From positions 99,450,001 through 99,514,000 of the forward strand of contig NW_024704743.1 of NCBI RefSeq assembly GCF_018977255.1: DNA of 64,000 nt, in the 5' to 3' direction. The position numbers and the translations under genes are program-made. The stretch's first letter is position 1; each line of letters begins with the position of its first letter. The notes under the pieces were generated by a model. That model saw only the letters and a program-made list of their open reading frames with translations, was not told where the DNA came from and searched no databases. Positions 63,024-64,000 of this stretch are shown here, in pieces. The DNA comes from Callorhinchus milii (lineage: Eukaryota).

Positions 63024-63824
63024 TAGCCTTGTCTTTTCCACATCACAGTTTGACTGCTGCACCCCAAGACGTAAATTATATAATGGTACCCACACTGTGC
63101 ATCACTCGGACATTGACAGGCATTAAGTCTTAGCAAGTGGCAATGTGAAAGAATAATTAGAAAGACAGAGCAACGTTTCACAGTTTCGGGCATGACATAA
63201 CACTAATCCTTTCATCAGACACTTGCAACAATGAATAAGGTTCATTCAGCAACGCTGGACTTGGAATCAATCTTCACAATTCTTTTTGGAAAAACAGGCT
63301 TTCAGAGTTGACCATTTAAGACACTCATTTAAGTGGCACTTGCAGACACAAAAAGAGAGAAAACAAATGTGAATGTTGGAATACTGAGATAAAAAACAGA
63401 AAATGCTGGAAATTCAGAGCAGGTCAACCAATGTTTGAAATTGAGCGATGGATGGGCTGACATTTGGGGATTGGCCCTTCATCATATCTTTACTGGGATT
63501 TGTTTGGCAAACTTTAGCATTGCTATTTCACCTGACATTCAGGATTGACATGGCATTTTTTTGAGCCGAGGAAAACTGTCTCCAACAAATCCGTGGTCTG
63601 GCAATCATTAAATTTCTCCAGATGAGTGATGGTCTCAGTGGCTGAATAATGAAAATGTTATATACATATTGCACATGCTAGTGTGAGGCGTGACAGCTGT
63701 GCTGTTTCCTGTGTTCATTTAATGTGACTGTTAGGCAGTCATCTCAGATAAACTATTTGACTTGTATATTCTCTCTTGATGCAGCCTGTTTGATACAGGC
63801 TTGTGTAGCAGAGATATTATGGGA

Positions 63825-64000
63825 TAATAATAATAATAATAATCCTTGCATTTGATATAGCACTTTTCACGTCTTCTAGCTGTCTCAAAGCGCTTCACAG
63901 AATATGCTGTAAAGTGAATTGACCGTATATTTGTGGGCGAAACGCAATTGTGCACAGCAGTGTCCCACAAACAATTGTGGATTGAAAATGACCAATTTAT
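63825..64000 (-). mobile_element. SINE family A 3' half; runs off the right edge
   Basis: (AAT)n, tail stem-loop and body match family A. Confidence 0.88.

Noticed and set aside
1..64000. CRISPR array, operons or other prokaryotic systems
   Set aside because: No regularly spaced repeat-spacer structure or dense coding; the content is vertebrate retroposon-rich DNA.

Overview
This is vertebrate, repeat-dense DNA that is intronic or intergenic. I found no confidently identifiable host gene. The repeat mix (L2 and CR1 LINE relics, tRNA-derived SINEs with a Deu-like core and L2-type 3' tails, Penelope-like termini) suggests a cartilaginous fish, probably a chimaera or elephant-shark relative; this is an inference. 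The standout feature is a complete but decayed 2.8-kb hAT DNA transposon at 9468-12267. It has perfect 17-bp TIRs and an 8-bp TSD. Its minus-strand transposase pseudogene has an N-terminus resembling CGGBP1, an apparent exon-intron structure, a CpG-rich promoter-like end and helically phased TGCGG-derived subterminal repeats. It sits inside an old SINE and itself carries an L2 fragment. Other notable items are a minimal hammerhead-ribozyme core in a Penelope-like terminus (12864-12893, minus), a probable SINE-head/L2 chimeric retrocopy, an unclassified three-copy repeat family and a CR1-derived 21-bp minisatellite. All family assignments come from my recognition of motifs, not from database searches, and repeat boundaries are approximate.
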